Shown here: piece by piece, positions 9,373 through 18,806 of the stretch
How the letters are laid out: every line of letters begins with the position of its first letter
Numbering within the stretch: position 1 is the stretch's first letter
Source of the DNA: Patescibacteria group bacterium
GTDB lineage: Bacteria; Patescibacteriota; Minisyncoccia; Phycocordibacterales; UBA918
NCBI GenBank assembly: GCA_019745315.1
Contig: JAIETH010000002.1
Location: 98,306-162,305 of the forward strand
Direction: 5' to 3'
DNA: 64,000 nucleotides
Program-made: the position numbers and the translations under genes
The notes under the pieces: generated by a model
The model's input: the letters and a program-made list of their open reading frames with translations, nothing else
Database searches by the model: none
What the model was told of the DNA's origin: nothing

Positions 9373-9905
9373 AGCGGTTTCTTTTTTACTACTGCAACCT
9401 CGAGAACACCTTTCCAATCTACTTCCTCACCTAATTCATTAGTCTGACTTAGAGAAACATTCATGACCTCAGACTGGTACGGTAAAGATTCAATAACTGG
9501 AAGAAACGCTTGGAGCTCGTCATACGCACCTGAAAGCTCTAAAGAAATATTGAGTGTTTCAAAATTAGTCACATCCTTTATCGGCACCACCTCAACGGAT
9601 TTAATTCGTGCTTCAAGCCCTTGATGTCGCGCGGCGCCTTCAATCAAAGCAAGTACATATGCTACATCCTCATGGGCAACCACAAATTCCGATAAGATTT
9701 TTCGATTCTCCTCTGAGTCTATATACATTTTTTCCAGCTCAGCAAACTGCTGATCACGCGCAACGCTTTCAGCATGAGCACGTGCCTGCTCTTTCACTTT
9801 TTTATCTTGTCGATTAACTTCATACAAAAGTCCCCCGTAAACACAAAGCGAAATACCTAATACGAGAAGCGATGTGAGGAGTATTTTTTTTGCAAACGGC
9901 GTCAT
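9369..9905 (-). CDS. PilO-like pilus assembly protein
   Basis: N-terminal TM, coiled coil, ISLELSGAYDELQAFLPVIESLP; operon position. Confidence 0.7.
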   Translation of the reverse strand: MTPFAKKILLTSLLVLGISLCVYGGLLYEVNRQDKKVKEQARAHAESVARDQQFAELEKMYIDSEENRKILSEFVVAHEDVAYVLALIEGAARHQGLEARIKSVEVVPIKDVTNFETLNISLELSGAYDELQAFLPVIESLPYQSEVMNVSLSQTNELGEEVDWKGVLEVAVVKKKPL

Positions 9906-9906
9906 A

Positions 9907-10452
9907 CTATGGTTTTTGCGCTACCAATAACGTCACTACAAATGCATTATCTACTTCAGGAGCAAGATCTGATACGGGAATACTAACACTACTCCAAAAT
10001 GAATCTTGTTTGAGTCTTTCCACAAATGACTGAAGGTCGCTGCGCGAACGTGCGCGACCCTCGACGCGAACCTGAGCAGCATGTACTTTTTTAGGGAGGT
10101 CCGGTGCAATCGCAATGCCCACAAGTGAAATACTCGGCGCAAGCGCCTGTTCTATGTGTGGCATCACGGCTGACGCATGAAGAGACTGTTTTGATGCAGA
10201 AAGCTGTGTAGCAAATATGTGCGCCTCAGCGAGCGTTTGTTTCATTTCATCAAACGTTTGTTGTTTTTGCGTACCACCATCCTCTGACATATCAGCTTGG
10301 AGACGGTGTACTGATAAAACGTACGTAGGTAGTAATAACGCTGCCGAAACAAAAAATGATAGTGCGCCAAGTATTATCCACACAGATAAAAACCGCGCGA
10401 CATACTCCCCTCCTATTCTTTTTTTTGCCCCTGGAGGAATGAGGTTAATCAT
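9907..10452 (-). CDS. PilN-like pilus assembly protein
   Basis: N-terminal INLIP PilM-binding motif, TM segment, VEGRARSRSDLQSFVERL. Confidence 0.75.
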   Translation of the reverse strand: MINLIPPGAKKRIGGEYVARFLSVWIILGALSFFVSAALLLPTYVLSVHRLQADMSEDGGTQKQQTFDEMKQTLAEAHIFATQLSASKQSLHASAVMPHIEQALAPSISLVGIAIAPDLPKKVHAAQVRVEGRARSRSDLQSFVERLKQDSFWSSVSIPVSDLAPEVDNAFVVTLLVAQKP

Positions 10453-11545
10453 GGTTTTTTAAAAAGTCTGTCAACGCAAGACCTATTGCCGTGGCATACC
10501 CATACGAGTGGGCGCGACCTATAGGAGGTATTTCTTCTGAAAAAAGAAATGCATTTTGCCATACTGCTGCCCGTTCAGTTGACACCTCAAGCTCTTCAGT
10601 CAAATACTCGGTGAGCCCTGCAAGATTAGCGCTTCCTCCACACAAAATAACTTTATCAATAGTACGACCCTTTGACCCCTCGCTTCGCAAGTTCCAGTAA
10701 TTGATTCGTATATTAAGCTCATCTTTAAGCGACGCAATACTCGCTACTATCGCCTTCACCACCTCGTCTCCCCCCTCACTACTTCTCAAGAGACCTTGCT
10801 CGTTTTTTATACGGGTTATTTCTTTTTCATCGATAGCACCGAGAGATCGACGCATAGCATCACTAATATGTACTCCTCCGATCTCGATTGTAGAGGTAAA
10901 CATCAACACTCCATTATGAACAATACCAATCCCCGTTCGGGTGTGTCCAAAGTCAACGATCATGTGAGTACCGGTATGCCCTGACGGAATAATGGCACGC
11001 GCAACGGCCTGTGCTTCCACTTCAAATGAAAGCGGGTAAAAACCTGCTTCACGGTATGACTCGTAATAGCCGGTTATCGTATCTCGAGCATACACGGCGA
11101 CACTTACCCGAGCCCCTCCTGTAACCGCATCTCTCCCTACAACCGTATAGTCAAACAATGCCTCACGCGGAGCAAGCGGAACGTTTTCTTCAAGATGAAA
11201 TTCAATCATGCTCCGAATAGCACTTGCTTCAACGCCCCTATCAAGGGTTGTTTCGAATAGATACGCTCGCTCCTCTGGTAGAGAAACTCGCACAAACTCT
11301 GTATGCAAACGACGACGCAGATCTTTGAGCACGGAGACGAGCGCATCTTTATTAACAACAGTGCCCCGAGCTACCGTCTCTGCAACGATGGGCATATCTC
11401 CCCATGATTCGAGAGTAAGTCTATGTCCTGCACCACGAAACTGTACGTACTTAAGCGACGCATCAGAAATATCGACTCCAACATTTGGAAGAGTCATAAA
11501 ACGAGGTGGTGGAAATACACGAGAAAACGCTTTGAGTATACTCAT
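10445..11545 (-). CDS. pilM: Type IV pilus assembly protein PilM
   Basis: GVDISDASLK, VDFGHTRT, ILCGGSANL and ATAIGLAL actin-like motifs. Confidence 0.9.
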   Translation of the reverse strand: MSILKAFSRVFPPPRFMTLPNVGVDISDASLKYVQFRGAGHRLTLESWGDMPIVAETVARGTVVNKDALVSVLKDLRRRLHTEFVRVSLPEERAYLFETTLDRGVEASAIRSMIEFHLEENVPLAPREALFDYTVVGRDAVTGGARVSVAVYARDTITGYYESYREAGFYPLSFEVEAQAVARAIIPSGHTGTHMIVDFGHTRTGIGIVHNGVLMFTSTIEIGGVHISDAMRRSLGAIDEKEITRIKNEQGLLRSSEGGDEVVKAIVASIASLKDELNIRINYWNLRSEGSKGRTIDKVILCGGSANLAGLTEYLTEELEVSTERAAVWQNAFLFSEEIPPIGRAHSYGYATAIGLALTDFLKNHD

Positions 11546-11603
11546 AGATACTGAGTATTATACGACGCACGCCCCGTTATTGCGTGGGGACATACTCACA
11601 TTC

Positions 11604-11933
11604 TTATTTTATTTTTGTACCAGGTGGAAGCGAACTGCTTGGCGACAAAAGAGCAAATGACCCCTCCGGAGTACTCGCAGCAAGAATCATTCCCTGACTC
11701 TCTATGCCACGTATGGTTCTATATTCAAGATTTATCAAGAAAGGAAGCGTCTGTCCTACAAGAATCTGTGGATCTTCAAAAAAAGTTCGAATACCCGATA
11801 CGATAGTACGCGGAGTTTCTTCTCCCACATCAACTGAAAGCTTCAGCAGTTTGTCAGCCCCTTCAACAACCTCTACCTCACGAATGAGACCAAGGGCTAT
11901 ATGCAGTTTTGCAAAATCGTCATATGAAATCAT
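11604..11933 (-). CDS. tRNA-binding OB-fold protein (MetRS C-terminal/Trbp111/CsaA-like)
   Basis: ISYDDFAKL, GADKLLKL, RTIVSGI and GIESQGMILAA motifs. Confidence 0.88.
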   Translation of the reverse strand: MISYDDFAKLHIALGLIREVEVVEGADKLLKLSVDVGEETPRTIVSGIRTFFEDPQILVGQTLPFLINLEYRTIRGIESQGMILAASTPEGSFALLSPSSSLPPGTKIK

Positions 11934-12319
11934 GTTGTATGTTTTATCCGTGATAAATAGCTATTGAGAATAATAGTTGCTGCTGCAGCGTCTGTCATAT
12001 CATTTCTTCCCTGTTCACGAATGGCTTCTTGAGTAGTAAATACTTCAGACTCAAAATATACGGGGGTGTGAGAAATATCACCAAGCGCCGCGGCACATGC
12101 AGCAGCTCCTTCTGCTACAGGATTATCCTTCCCTCCGAGGGTGTGTGATTTACCAAAAACAATAGCGCCAACTTTCTCTTTTAGAACAAGCGAAGAGAGT
12201 ACCTCGACAAGATCTTTTGTGTTTGGAATAACACTATGGGGAAATGCCATAGCTCCTCCCTCATCAGAAAGGGAAATACCCACCCGCCGCGTACCATAAT
12301 CTATACCCATATACCGCAT
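11930..12319 (-). CDS. ruvX: YqgF/RuvX-family nuclease
   Basis: MRYMGIDYGTRRVGISLSD and DAAAATIILNSY. Start reset to avoid overlapping tRNA-Ser. Confidence 0.88.
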   Translation of the reverse strand: MRYMGIDYGTRRVGISLSDEGGAMAFPHSVIPNTKDLVEVLSSLVLKEKVGAIVFGKSHTLGGKDNPVAEGAAACAAALGDISHTPVYFESEVFTTQEAIREQGRNDMTDAAAATIILNSYLSRIKHTT

Positions 12320-12409
12320 AAAAAGAGAATACCATAGCAGCCGCTTTTGTTGGAATCTGGAGGTATTTCTGATACTATCGTGTAACGCTTTTACCGAAGC
12401 GAGATTCCT

Positions 12410-12497
12410 GGAGGAGTCGCATAGTGGTTTAGTGCAGCGGTCTTGAAAACCGCCAGGCCGCAAGGTCTCGAGAGTTCGAATCTCTCCTCCTCCGCCA
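12410..12497 (+). tRNA. tRNA-Ser(TGA)
   Basis: GGAGGAGTCGCATAGTGG...CTTGAAA; long variable arm; GTTCGAATCTCTCCTCCTCCGCCA. Confidence 0.95.
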
Positions 12498-12570
12498 CAG
12501 AAAAACAGCCCCTTATTAGGGGTTGTTTTTGTAGACAGCAGAGAGAAAGCTCTGGGAGAGCATTCGTGAA

Positions 12571-12662
12571 AGATTCGAAAAGGTTGTCGAGATTTTCTGA
12601 AAGAAAATATCATACAACCTGAACAGAATTTGTAGAATTCGAATCTCTCCTCCTCCGCCACA
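12571..12662 (+). repeat. tRNA-Ser-associated cassette (module A)
   Basis: Inverted T-arm AGATTCGAA, AGGTTG..CAACCT hairpin, GAACA, GAATTT-GTA-GAATTC; 25-bp direct copy 12638-12662 = 12475-12499. Confidence 0.85.
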
Positions 12663-12697
12663 ACAATTTGTATATATTCCTTGTATACTTATTCTCA

Positions 12698-13684
12698 ATG
12701 AGAAGTCTGTCTCTCTACCTTACACCCATACTGGCGCTGCTTTTTTTGTCTTCTTTTCTCACGGAAACACTCACAGGAAGCAGTCCTGTGAGTGTTTTTT
12801 TCCAACCTATTGTTTTTATACTTTTTATTACCGTCGGATATGGATTTCCCGTCCTCATTATTCGAGAAATATATGTGCGAAAAAATCTAAGTATTCTTAG
12901 TCTCTTTGTACTTGGTTTTGCGTATGGACTATGGAACGAAGGCCTCTTTGCACAAACAATTTTTTATCCACTTCATTCACCCATCTTGAGTTTCGCTGAA
13001 TATGGACTTATTGAAAATATCAGAGTTCCTTTTGCGCTCACCATAAGCTCGTGGCACGCACTCTATGCTGTTATATACCCCATTCTTTTTGTAAGTTATC
13101 TATTTCCAAAGTTACAAGAGACGCCGTGGATTTCTAAAAAAACTGCGTGGATTCTCGGAATTGCCAGCGTTCTTTTTGGAAGCCTTGGCTTTTTTAATAA
13201 TCTACGTGATGTTGAATTTGGAGAGATCGGAACACAGATTACTGGAAACCTTGAACATTACGTATTTCTACTGATTATCTCAATCATTCTGATAACCACT
13301 GCCCTAGTCCTACCGCGGCGACAAAAAACTGCATTCCCTAACAACACCACAATTTCAACAAAGAAACTTATTTTGTATGGCATTGCACTCTATTGTGCAG
13401 TTTTCTTTCTTCCCTATGTATTTTCACTTCTTAAGCTTCCCGCTCTACTATTTTTTGTATATTTCTTTTCTCTATGGAGCGCTGGAGCATACCTATACAC
13501 CCGACTGCCACCCCTCTCTCTTCGAGAAAAAGTACTTGTAGGCCTCTCAGGAGAGATTCCCGTTATGCTTCTTGGCCTCACACTTGCACTTCTGTCGTTT
13601 AATATACCGCAAAGTATTTTTGTATTCTTTCTTTTGTGTCTCTGCATCGTACTGATTCGATACGTACACATACAAAAAATATAA
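12698..13684 (+). CDS. Polytopic membrane protein, function unknown
   Basis: Many hydrophobic segments; GFAYGLWNEGL and SWHALY motifs. Confidence 0.7.
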   Translation: MRSLSLYLTPILALLFLSSFLTETLTGSSPVSVFFQPIVFILFITVGYGFPVLIIREIYVRKNLSILSLFVLGFAYGLWNEGLFAQTIFYPLHSPILSFAEYGLIENIRVPFALTISSWHALYAVIYPILFVSYLFPKLQETPWISKKTAWILGIASVLFGSLGFFNNLRDVEFGEIGTQITGNLEHYVFLLIISIILITTALVLPRRQKTAFPNNTTISTKKLILYGIALYCAVFFLPYVFSLLKLPALLFFVYFFSLWSAGAYLYTRLPPLSLREKVLVGLSGEIPVMLLGLTLALLSFNIPQSIFVFFLLCLCIVLIRYVHIQKI

Positions 13685-13715
13685 CTGTAGCTGGCTTTTG
13701 TATTACAATCGCATT

Positions 13716-14324
13716 ATGAAAAAAACTTTTATTGGCATCATTTGTCTTGCATTGATTTTTGGCACTTATTTCTTTTTTATATACAAAACCCCTATCACCA
13801 ACAAAAACTCCACGGGACAAACCATAGTGGCTTTTGGTGATAGCTTGGTATATGGCACTGGATCAACACAAGGGAATGACTTTGTTTCACTTGTCTCAAA
13901 TGAACTCGGACAGCCTATTATTAACCTTGGGGTACCAGGAAATACCAGCGCCTCAGGACTTGCACGGATTGAGGAAGTTATTGCGCTTAAACCAAAGATT
14001 GTGATAGTTCTCTTTGGCGGAAATGACTTTTTACAGAAGATACCTATCGATACGACTTTCCAAAATATTGATGAGATAGTCACACGCATACACAATACGG
14101 GATCAGCGGTTATCCTCCTTGGAGTACGAGGAGGACTCCTTACCGATCCCTATGCAGATAGATTTGAAGAGATTGCAAAAAATCGCAATACTGCATATGT
14201 ACCAAATATTTTAAGTGGCCTTATTGGAAATACCTCACGCATGAGTGATGCAATTCACCCAAACGATACGGGATATAAAATAATTGCTGATAAGGTACTA
14301 ACTGTTTTTACTAAAGAATTCTAA
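13716..14324 (+). CDS. SGNH/GDSL arylesterase (TesA-like)
   Basis: FGDSL, GVPGNTS, GGND and DAIHPN blocks. Confidence 0.92.
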   Translation: MKKTFIGIICLALIFGTYFFFIYKTPITNKNSTGQTIVAFGDSLVYGTGSTQGNDFVSLVSNELGQPIINLGVPGNTSASGLARIEEVIALKPKIVIVLFGGNDFLQKIPIDTTFQNIDEIVTRIHNTGSAVILLGVRGGLLTDPYADRFEEIAKNRNTAYVPNILSGLIGNTSRMSDAIHPNDTGYKIIADKVLTVFTKEF

Positions 14325-14397
14325 TGCGATCACTCCAGAAAGCATATTCATAGAATAAAAAATATTTCTAGAAAATGTTCGTGCTAAAATAACAGCA

Positions 14398-14913
14398 ATG
14401 CGTTACGAAGAATATATTGGAGATCTTTCCCCTACCTCCGAAAACACAGGGAGGCTTCGTGAAATATCCTGGGAAGCACCTGAACACCATCACACTGAGA
14501 AAGGAAGTGATTGGTATTGGGCTCTCGGTATTATTACTATTGCCGGAGCAATTACTACCATTATCTTTGGCAATGTTCTTTTTGGAGTAGTTATATTACT
14601 CGCAGGTCTTATGACCGCGCTCATATCTTCTCGCCCGCCACGAACCGTCACCTACTCAATATCAGTCCGAGGAATTCGCATTGGAACAGAACTCTACCCA
14701 TACAGCAGCCTTACGTGTTTTTATATCAATGAAGAACATCATCATCATTTACAACTCCTGATTCAAACAACAAGCTTTTTTACCCCCCTTCTCGTCATTC
14801 CTATGCCAGACGAGGCACTTGAGGATGTAGAAGAGATTTTAGAGCCACGACTTCCTGAAAAGTACCTAGAAGAGTCTCTTGGTCAACGCATACTGGAATT
14901 TTTAGGATTTTAA
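14398..14913 (+). CDS. Two-TM hypothetical protein with probable PH-like C-terminal domain
   Basis: ISWEAPE..K..DWYW, two TM segments, GIRIG..LYPY. Confidence 0.65.
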   Translation: MRYEEYIGDLSPTSENTGRLREISWEAPEHHHTEKGSDWYWALGIITIAGAITTIIFGNVLFGVVILLAGLMTALISSRPPRTVTYSISVRGIRIGTELYPYSSLTCFYINEEHHHHLQLLIQTTSFFTPLLVIPMPDEALEDVEEILEPRLPEKYLEESLGQRILEFLGF

Positions 14914-14950
14914 GGTATGCTGGGTTTTATCGTATTTGCGTAATAGTAAA

Positions 14951-15108
14951 TTCGAGCAGGAACTCTCCTTACAGGAGCTGTACACCTTTTGGATATTTTT
15001 GTTCGTTTTGTGAACTCTAAAAATATCTCAAAAGGTCCTGCGAAATCCTTTTACAAAGGCGGTATACCTTACAGACTTTTCCTTGAAAAGATCTGTAAGG
15101 TCTTGCGA
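14951..15108 (-). repeat. Two tandem module-A hairpin units upstream of tRNA-Arg(GCG)
   Basis: On the minus strand each unit reads TCGCARGA-[CCTT..AAGG hairpin]-TRTACMG-[5-bp stem, GTA loop]. Confidence 0.75.
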
Positions 15109-15142
15109 CATGCTCCCAGCATGTCTCACCCCGCACTTTCTC

Positions 15143-15214
15143 GCTCTCGTCGTTCAACGGATAGGACACAAGCTTGCGGAGCTTGTAATGTAGGTTCGAT
15201 TCCTGCCGAGAGCA
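15143..15214 (+). tRNA. tRNA-Arg(GCG)
   Basis: GCTCTCGTCGTTCAACGGATAGGAC, CAAGC-TTGCGGA-GCTTG anticodon arm, GGTTCGATTCCTGCCGAGAGCA. Confidence 0.93.
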
Positions 15215-15263
15215 CTAAGAGACACAAAACGAGACCTGCGTCTCGTTTTGTGCGTTTAGTGAA

Positions 15264-15491
15264 GCGGAGCTATGTCGCCCCGCGACAGGCGAGCTCGGGC
15301 AGGAGCCGCTTAGCATCTTTCCGAATACTTGGAGGAAAGTGCTTAGCGAGCTGACGCCATACTTGTGCTCGAGAGGAAGCGCGGGGCGCTTCCGTGCAGG
15401 AATCGAAGCCTGATTGAGCATTTTTTGGAAAGCTTTGCTTGAACAAAAAAATCCAATCAGGGTACTGGTTCTGTAGGAACCGAATTTCCTG
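15264..15491 (+). repeat. tRNA-Arg(GCG)-associated composite cassette (module B followed by module A)
   Basis: GCGGAGCTATGTCGC..GCGAC at 15264; inverted T-arm GCAGGAATCGAA at 15396-15407; CCTGATTG..CAATCAGG hairpin; GTACT-GGTTCT-GTA-GGAACC. Confidence 0.8.
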
Positions 15492-15594
15492 GGAAAAGTA
15501 TAGAAGCAGGTTTCGCTTGAGCTGTCTTCTTCTGCACTTTCCAACAACCCACCTCAACAAAAAAGACCCCGCGAGGGATCTTTTTTGTCTTCAA

Positions 15595-15858
15595 CTACAC
15601 CATCTTCTTGATTTGGGCCGCAAGGCGAGACTTCTTTCGAGCGGCAGTATTTGGCTTGATAACGCCACGCTTTGCAGCTTTATCGATAGCCTGACTTACC
15701 TCTTTCATCATAGCTTCGGCATCAGCCTTGCTACCTGCAGTTACTTTTTGATACGTTTTTTTAAGAATGTCGCGCATTGCGTTTTGGCGACGCACGTTGT
15801 ACACACGCTTCTTGAGAGAAGACCGGAGTGCTTTTTTTGCTCCTTTGATAATTGGCAT
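15595..15858 (-). CDS. rpsT: 30S ribosomal protein S20
   Basis: MPIIKGAKKALR and IDKAAKRGVIKPNTAARKKSRL. Confidence 0.96.
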   Translation of the reverse strand: MPIIKGAKKALRSSLKKRVYNVRRQNAMRDILKKTYQKVTAGSKADAEAMMKEVSQAIDKAAKRGVIKPNTAARKKSRLAAQIKKMV

Positions 15859-15951
15859 GTCCCGTACTGTACCTCAAAACTCTTGAAAGTGCAATACAGC
15901 GAGGAGTCTTTACGATTTTCCGTAGAGCCAGCTCTACGGTATGATGGTGGA

Positions 15952-16527
15952 ATGATACGCAGCGTTCAGGGAACCCTTATAGATATACGCGTAGGCCAGG
16001 TTGTTATTGATATCGGAGGCTTAGGATATCTCGTATTTCTCCCTTCGGGAGTGACTTCCGACCTCCAGATAGGGACACGTGCGATATTTCATACATACCT
16101 CGCCGTCCGAGAAGACTCACTCACCCTTTATGGCTTCGTAACCCGCGACGACCTTGAGATGTTTGAGCATCTTATAAATCTTCCCAAGATTGGACCGAAG
16201 TCAGCTCTTCAAATATTGTCCCAAGCGCCCATTGAGCTTATCAAAAAAGCAGTCGCCTCCGGAGATCCTGAACACTTAAGCAAGCTCTCAGGTATGGGCA
16301 AAAAAACTGCGGAGAAGATTGTGATTGGACTCAAAGATCTCTTTGGTGACGCTACACACTTCGGAACCCACGACCGCGGATCAAGCGATGTCGTTGATGC
16401 TCTACTCACATTGGGATACTCTCAAAAAGAAGCGCGTGACGTACTTGCTAAAATTGACCCAGAACTTATTGAGACAAATGCACGAGTCAAAGAGGCTCTT
16501 CGTATCCTCTCTTCCGAGAGAATGTAG
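15952..16527 (+). CDS. ruvA: Holliday junction branch migration protein RuvA
   Basis: MIRSVQG, GLGYLV, VREDSLTLYGF, IGPKSA, GKKTAEKI and ALLTLGY motifs. Confidence 0.95.
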   Translation: MIRSVQGTLIDIRVGQVVIDIGGLGYLVFLPSGVTSDLQIGTRAIFHTYLAVREDSLTLYGFVTRDDLEMFEHLINLPKIGPKSALQILSQAPIELIKKAVASGDPEHLSKLSGMGKKTAEKIVIGLKDLFGDATHFGTHDRGSSDVVDALLTLGYSQKEARDVLAKIDPELIETNARVKEALRILSSERM

Positions 16528-16530
16528 TAT

Positions 16531-16574
16531 AGAAAAATAAAAAACCCCGATTATCGGGGTTTTTTATTTTTCTT
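16531..16574. terminator. Bidirectional intrinsic terminator
   Basis: AAAAACCCCGA-TTA-TCGGGGTTTTT between convergent genes. Confidence 0.8.
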
Positions 16575-16580
16575 TGTATT

Positions 16581-18767
16581 TTATTCTTCTGTAAAGATCG
16601 GCTTGATGGAGACGGTTCCAGTAACAGGTGAACCTCCCCACGTAGTACACGTCATGCTATATGTGGTTTCTCCGAGTACTGGTCCTGTAGTGCGTGAGTA
16701 GGTAGTGCCTGAAACCGCCACCGAATCAGCTGTTCCAGAAATATTTTCTCCCGCAATAACACACCCTGTATGACCATTAAGATTTCCTGATACAACCGTT
16801 GAACCATTTTTATCTACAACAGCTGGACTTACGCTCATTGTAGGTGGCGGCATTGGCAACTGCACATTAAGAGAAACGCTATCTGTCACTGGAGAACCAC
16901 CATTGTTACATGAGACCGTATATGAGATTGCACCTACTGATGGCTCACTCACGGCCGCATCACTATTTGTGGTTCCGCTTGTAGCTCCTCCCGTACTAAA
17001 GTTAAGTCCTGAACACGTACTCGCATTTGTTGAAGACCATCGGAGATCTACGTGCTGACCTTGTGCAATCTGGGCAGAGGTTGACCATGTAGAGCTTGCA
17101 CGAGGCTTAATCTCTAGTGTTGCCGTTGGAGATGGAGATGGAGGGTTTGCGCATGTAAAATCTTTTCCAGGAGTTGCAGCGCTCAATACTCCGTTATTAA
17201 TTCCATGCACCCACGTCCTATACGTTCTCCCTACTACTCCTGTAAACGGATAGCTGGTACTTGTGTAGTAATCTAGACATACATCGCCTGAGTTTTGAGT
17301 TGCGGCACAGCTCCCCACCCATGGATTACTTGTATCGTTGATACGCAACGCGTATGAGCTATTGTTGCTTCCTGCGCTCCAGCTCACATTTGCAGCTGTT
17401 CCAACACACGATGCCTGCAAATTTGTTGGCGTACTTGGACTATTACATCTAAATGTAACTATTCCAGCTGTTGGATTATATGGGGGGTCTGAGTGTACCC
17501 AAAAGTCGTAATTTTTGTCAGGCGAAATAGGCAGGTTTGCAACTGAGGTACCATATGGCCAATTATTAGTATAACAAGTACCAATACCATCTCCGACAGG
17601 AGCACCGTCAACCCATTGCCAACCAATACTGTCACAAGCCGCCTTTGTATAATCTCGAATACGTGGATGGTAGGTTGTTGCCCCAGGAACCGCATCCCAA
17701 TACGCAGTAGCGCTGGTGTTGCCGGCATTACAGGTCGCTCTCACATTTGTTGGGACAGCTGCTACGGGACAAGATATAGCTTGAGGTGAACCACCCAATA
17801 GAGGGTTGCCAGCATTACCATGAGATCCTTCATCAATAGCGTATACATAAAATGAGTGACTCGCTGTGTCTGGCAAAGCAATAGGGACTGAGTACGCATG
17901 ATATGCATTCCCTCCACAAACTCCTGCAAGGTCACCTCTGTGTAAATTGGCAACGCTCTGCCCTACATATATCCCACCACCACCCGCCGGCCCATCTCTG
18001 TACACATGCACAGAGAGCGGAGTATTGTAATTATTAGGATCACATGTCCACCCCCACACCTGCGAGCAACTTATTCCATCATGGTACCCTATTGGTGCAG
18101 CAGGTGTGGGCGGAGGTGGAGCACAGCTAAATGCTGGTCCTGCAACATAATTACTACATCCAGCTGCATTACACGCAGCAACTGACCACCTATAGTCTCC
18201 TCCATACAAACCTGACACTGTTTTTTGAGTACCGTATATATTCTCTTCTGGCCACTGATAGCTCGTCTGAGCATCATGAAGTACAAACTTTGTATATGTC
18301 GCAGAAGAAGGTACTGACCAATTTATCGTGGCCGTATTACTTGAACAACTCGCAGATCCATTTGTAGGCTCGCCTGGAGGAGGCATGCACGAACCGTCCC
18401 CTGCTCGCAAAAATCGATACTCACGACCAGCTTGCCCATCTCTGTACTGCCACCACTGCCAATCATTAGCTCCTCCCTCGGCTCCCGTACAATATGTATT
18501 CCAACACTCTTCGCTTGTGTGAGGATAATTCGACTCGCACGAAGCAGGAACAAGAGAGCCGCCACTTACCCCCAAGGGAGAGTGAGATGCGTACTCTAGC
18601 TCTGCACGATGCATGCTGTCATCTTGGGTCAAATAAACCACACCTACCAAAGATATAAATAACCCAAGTACGATACCAAATAAAGGTAAGGAGATTTTTT
18701 TATTTTTTATAAAAAGTGTACTTCTTTTAAAAACGCGCCCATACGACCTGAGTAAATGTTTAAACAT
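16581..18767 (-). CDS. Large Cys-rich membrane-anchored surface protein with FN3/Ig-like repeats
   Basis: N-terminal TM; three PTN..A(S/T)C...W repeats; PIGYHDG..GW..DP module; LRWSSTNASTC. Confidence 0.75.
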   Translation of the reverse strand: MFKHLLRSYGRVFKRSTLFIKNKKISLPLFGIVLGLFISLVGVVYLTQDDSMHRAELEYASHSPLGVSGGSLVPASCESNYPHTSEECWNTYCTGAEGGANDWQWWQYRDGQAGREYRFLRAGDGSCMPPPGEPTNGSASCSSNTATINWSVPSSATYTKFVLHDAQTSYQWPEENIYGTQKTVSGLYGGDYRWSVAACNAAGCSNYVAGPAFSCAPPPPTPAAPIGYHDGISCSQVWGWTCDPNNYNTPLSVHVYRDGPAGGGGIYVGQSVANLHRGDLAGVCGGNAYHAYSVPIALPDTASHSFYVYAIDEGSHGNAGNPLLGGSPQAISCPVAAVPTNVRATCNAGNTSATAYWDAVPGATTYHPRIRDYTKAACDSIGWQWVDGAPVGDGIGTCYTNNWPYGTSVANLPISPDKNYDFWVHSDPPYNPTAGIVTFRCNSPSTPTNLQASCVGTAANVSWSAGSNNSSYALRINDTSNPWVGSCAATQNSGDVCLDYYTSTSYPFTGVVGRTYRTWVHGINNGVLSAATPGKDFTCANPPSPSPTATLEIKPRASSTWSTSAQIAQGQHVDLRWSSTNASTCSGLNFSTGGATSGTTNSDAAVSEPSVGAISYTVSCNNGGSPVTDSVSLNVQLPMPPPTMSVSPAVVDKNGSTVVSGNLNGHTGCVIAGENISGTADSVAVSGTTYSRTTGPVLGETTYSMTCTTWGGSPVTGTVSIKPIFTEE

Positions 18768-18806
18768 ATAGCTACATTGTAACTGAAAAAAAACTCAATT
18801 TATTAG

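Noticed and set aside
12320-12661. N-terminal extension of RuvX in the ORF track
   Set aside because: It runs antisense through tRNA-Ser and its cassette; family homology starts at MRYMGID.
14989-15560. ORFs of 96-121 aa around tRNA-Arg(GCG) as a possible transposase
   Set aside because: They overlap the tRNA or hairpin cassettes and show no HUH/DDE/nuclease motifs.
15439-15951. N-terminal extension of RuvA
   Set aside because: It is antisense to rpsT; the real start is 15952.
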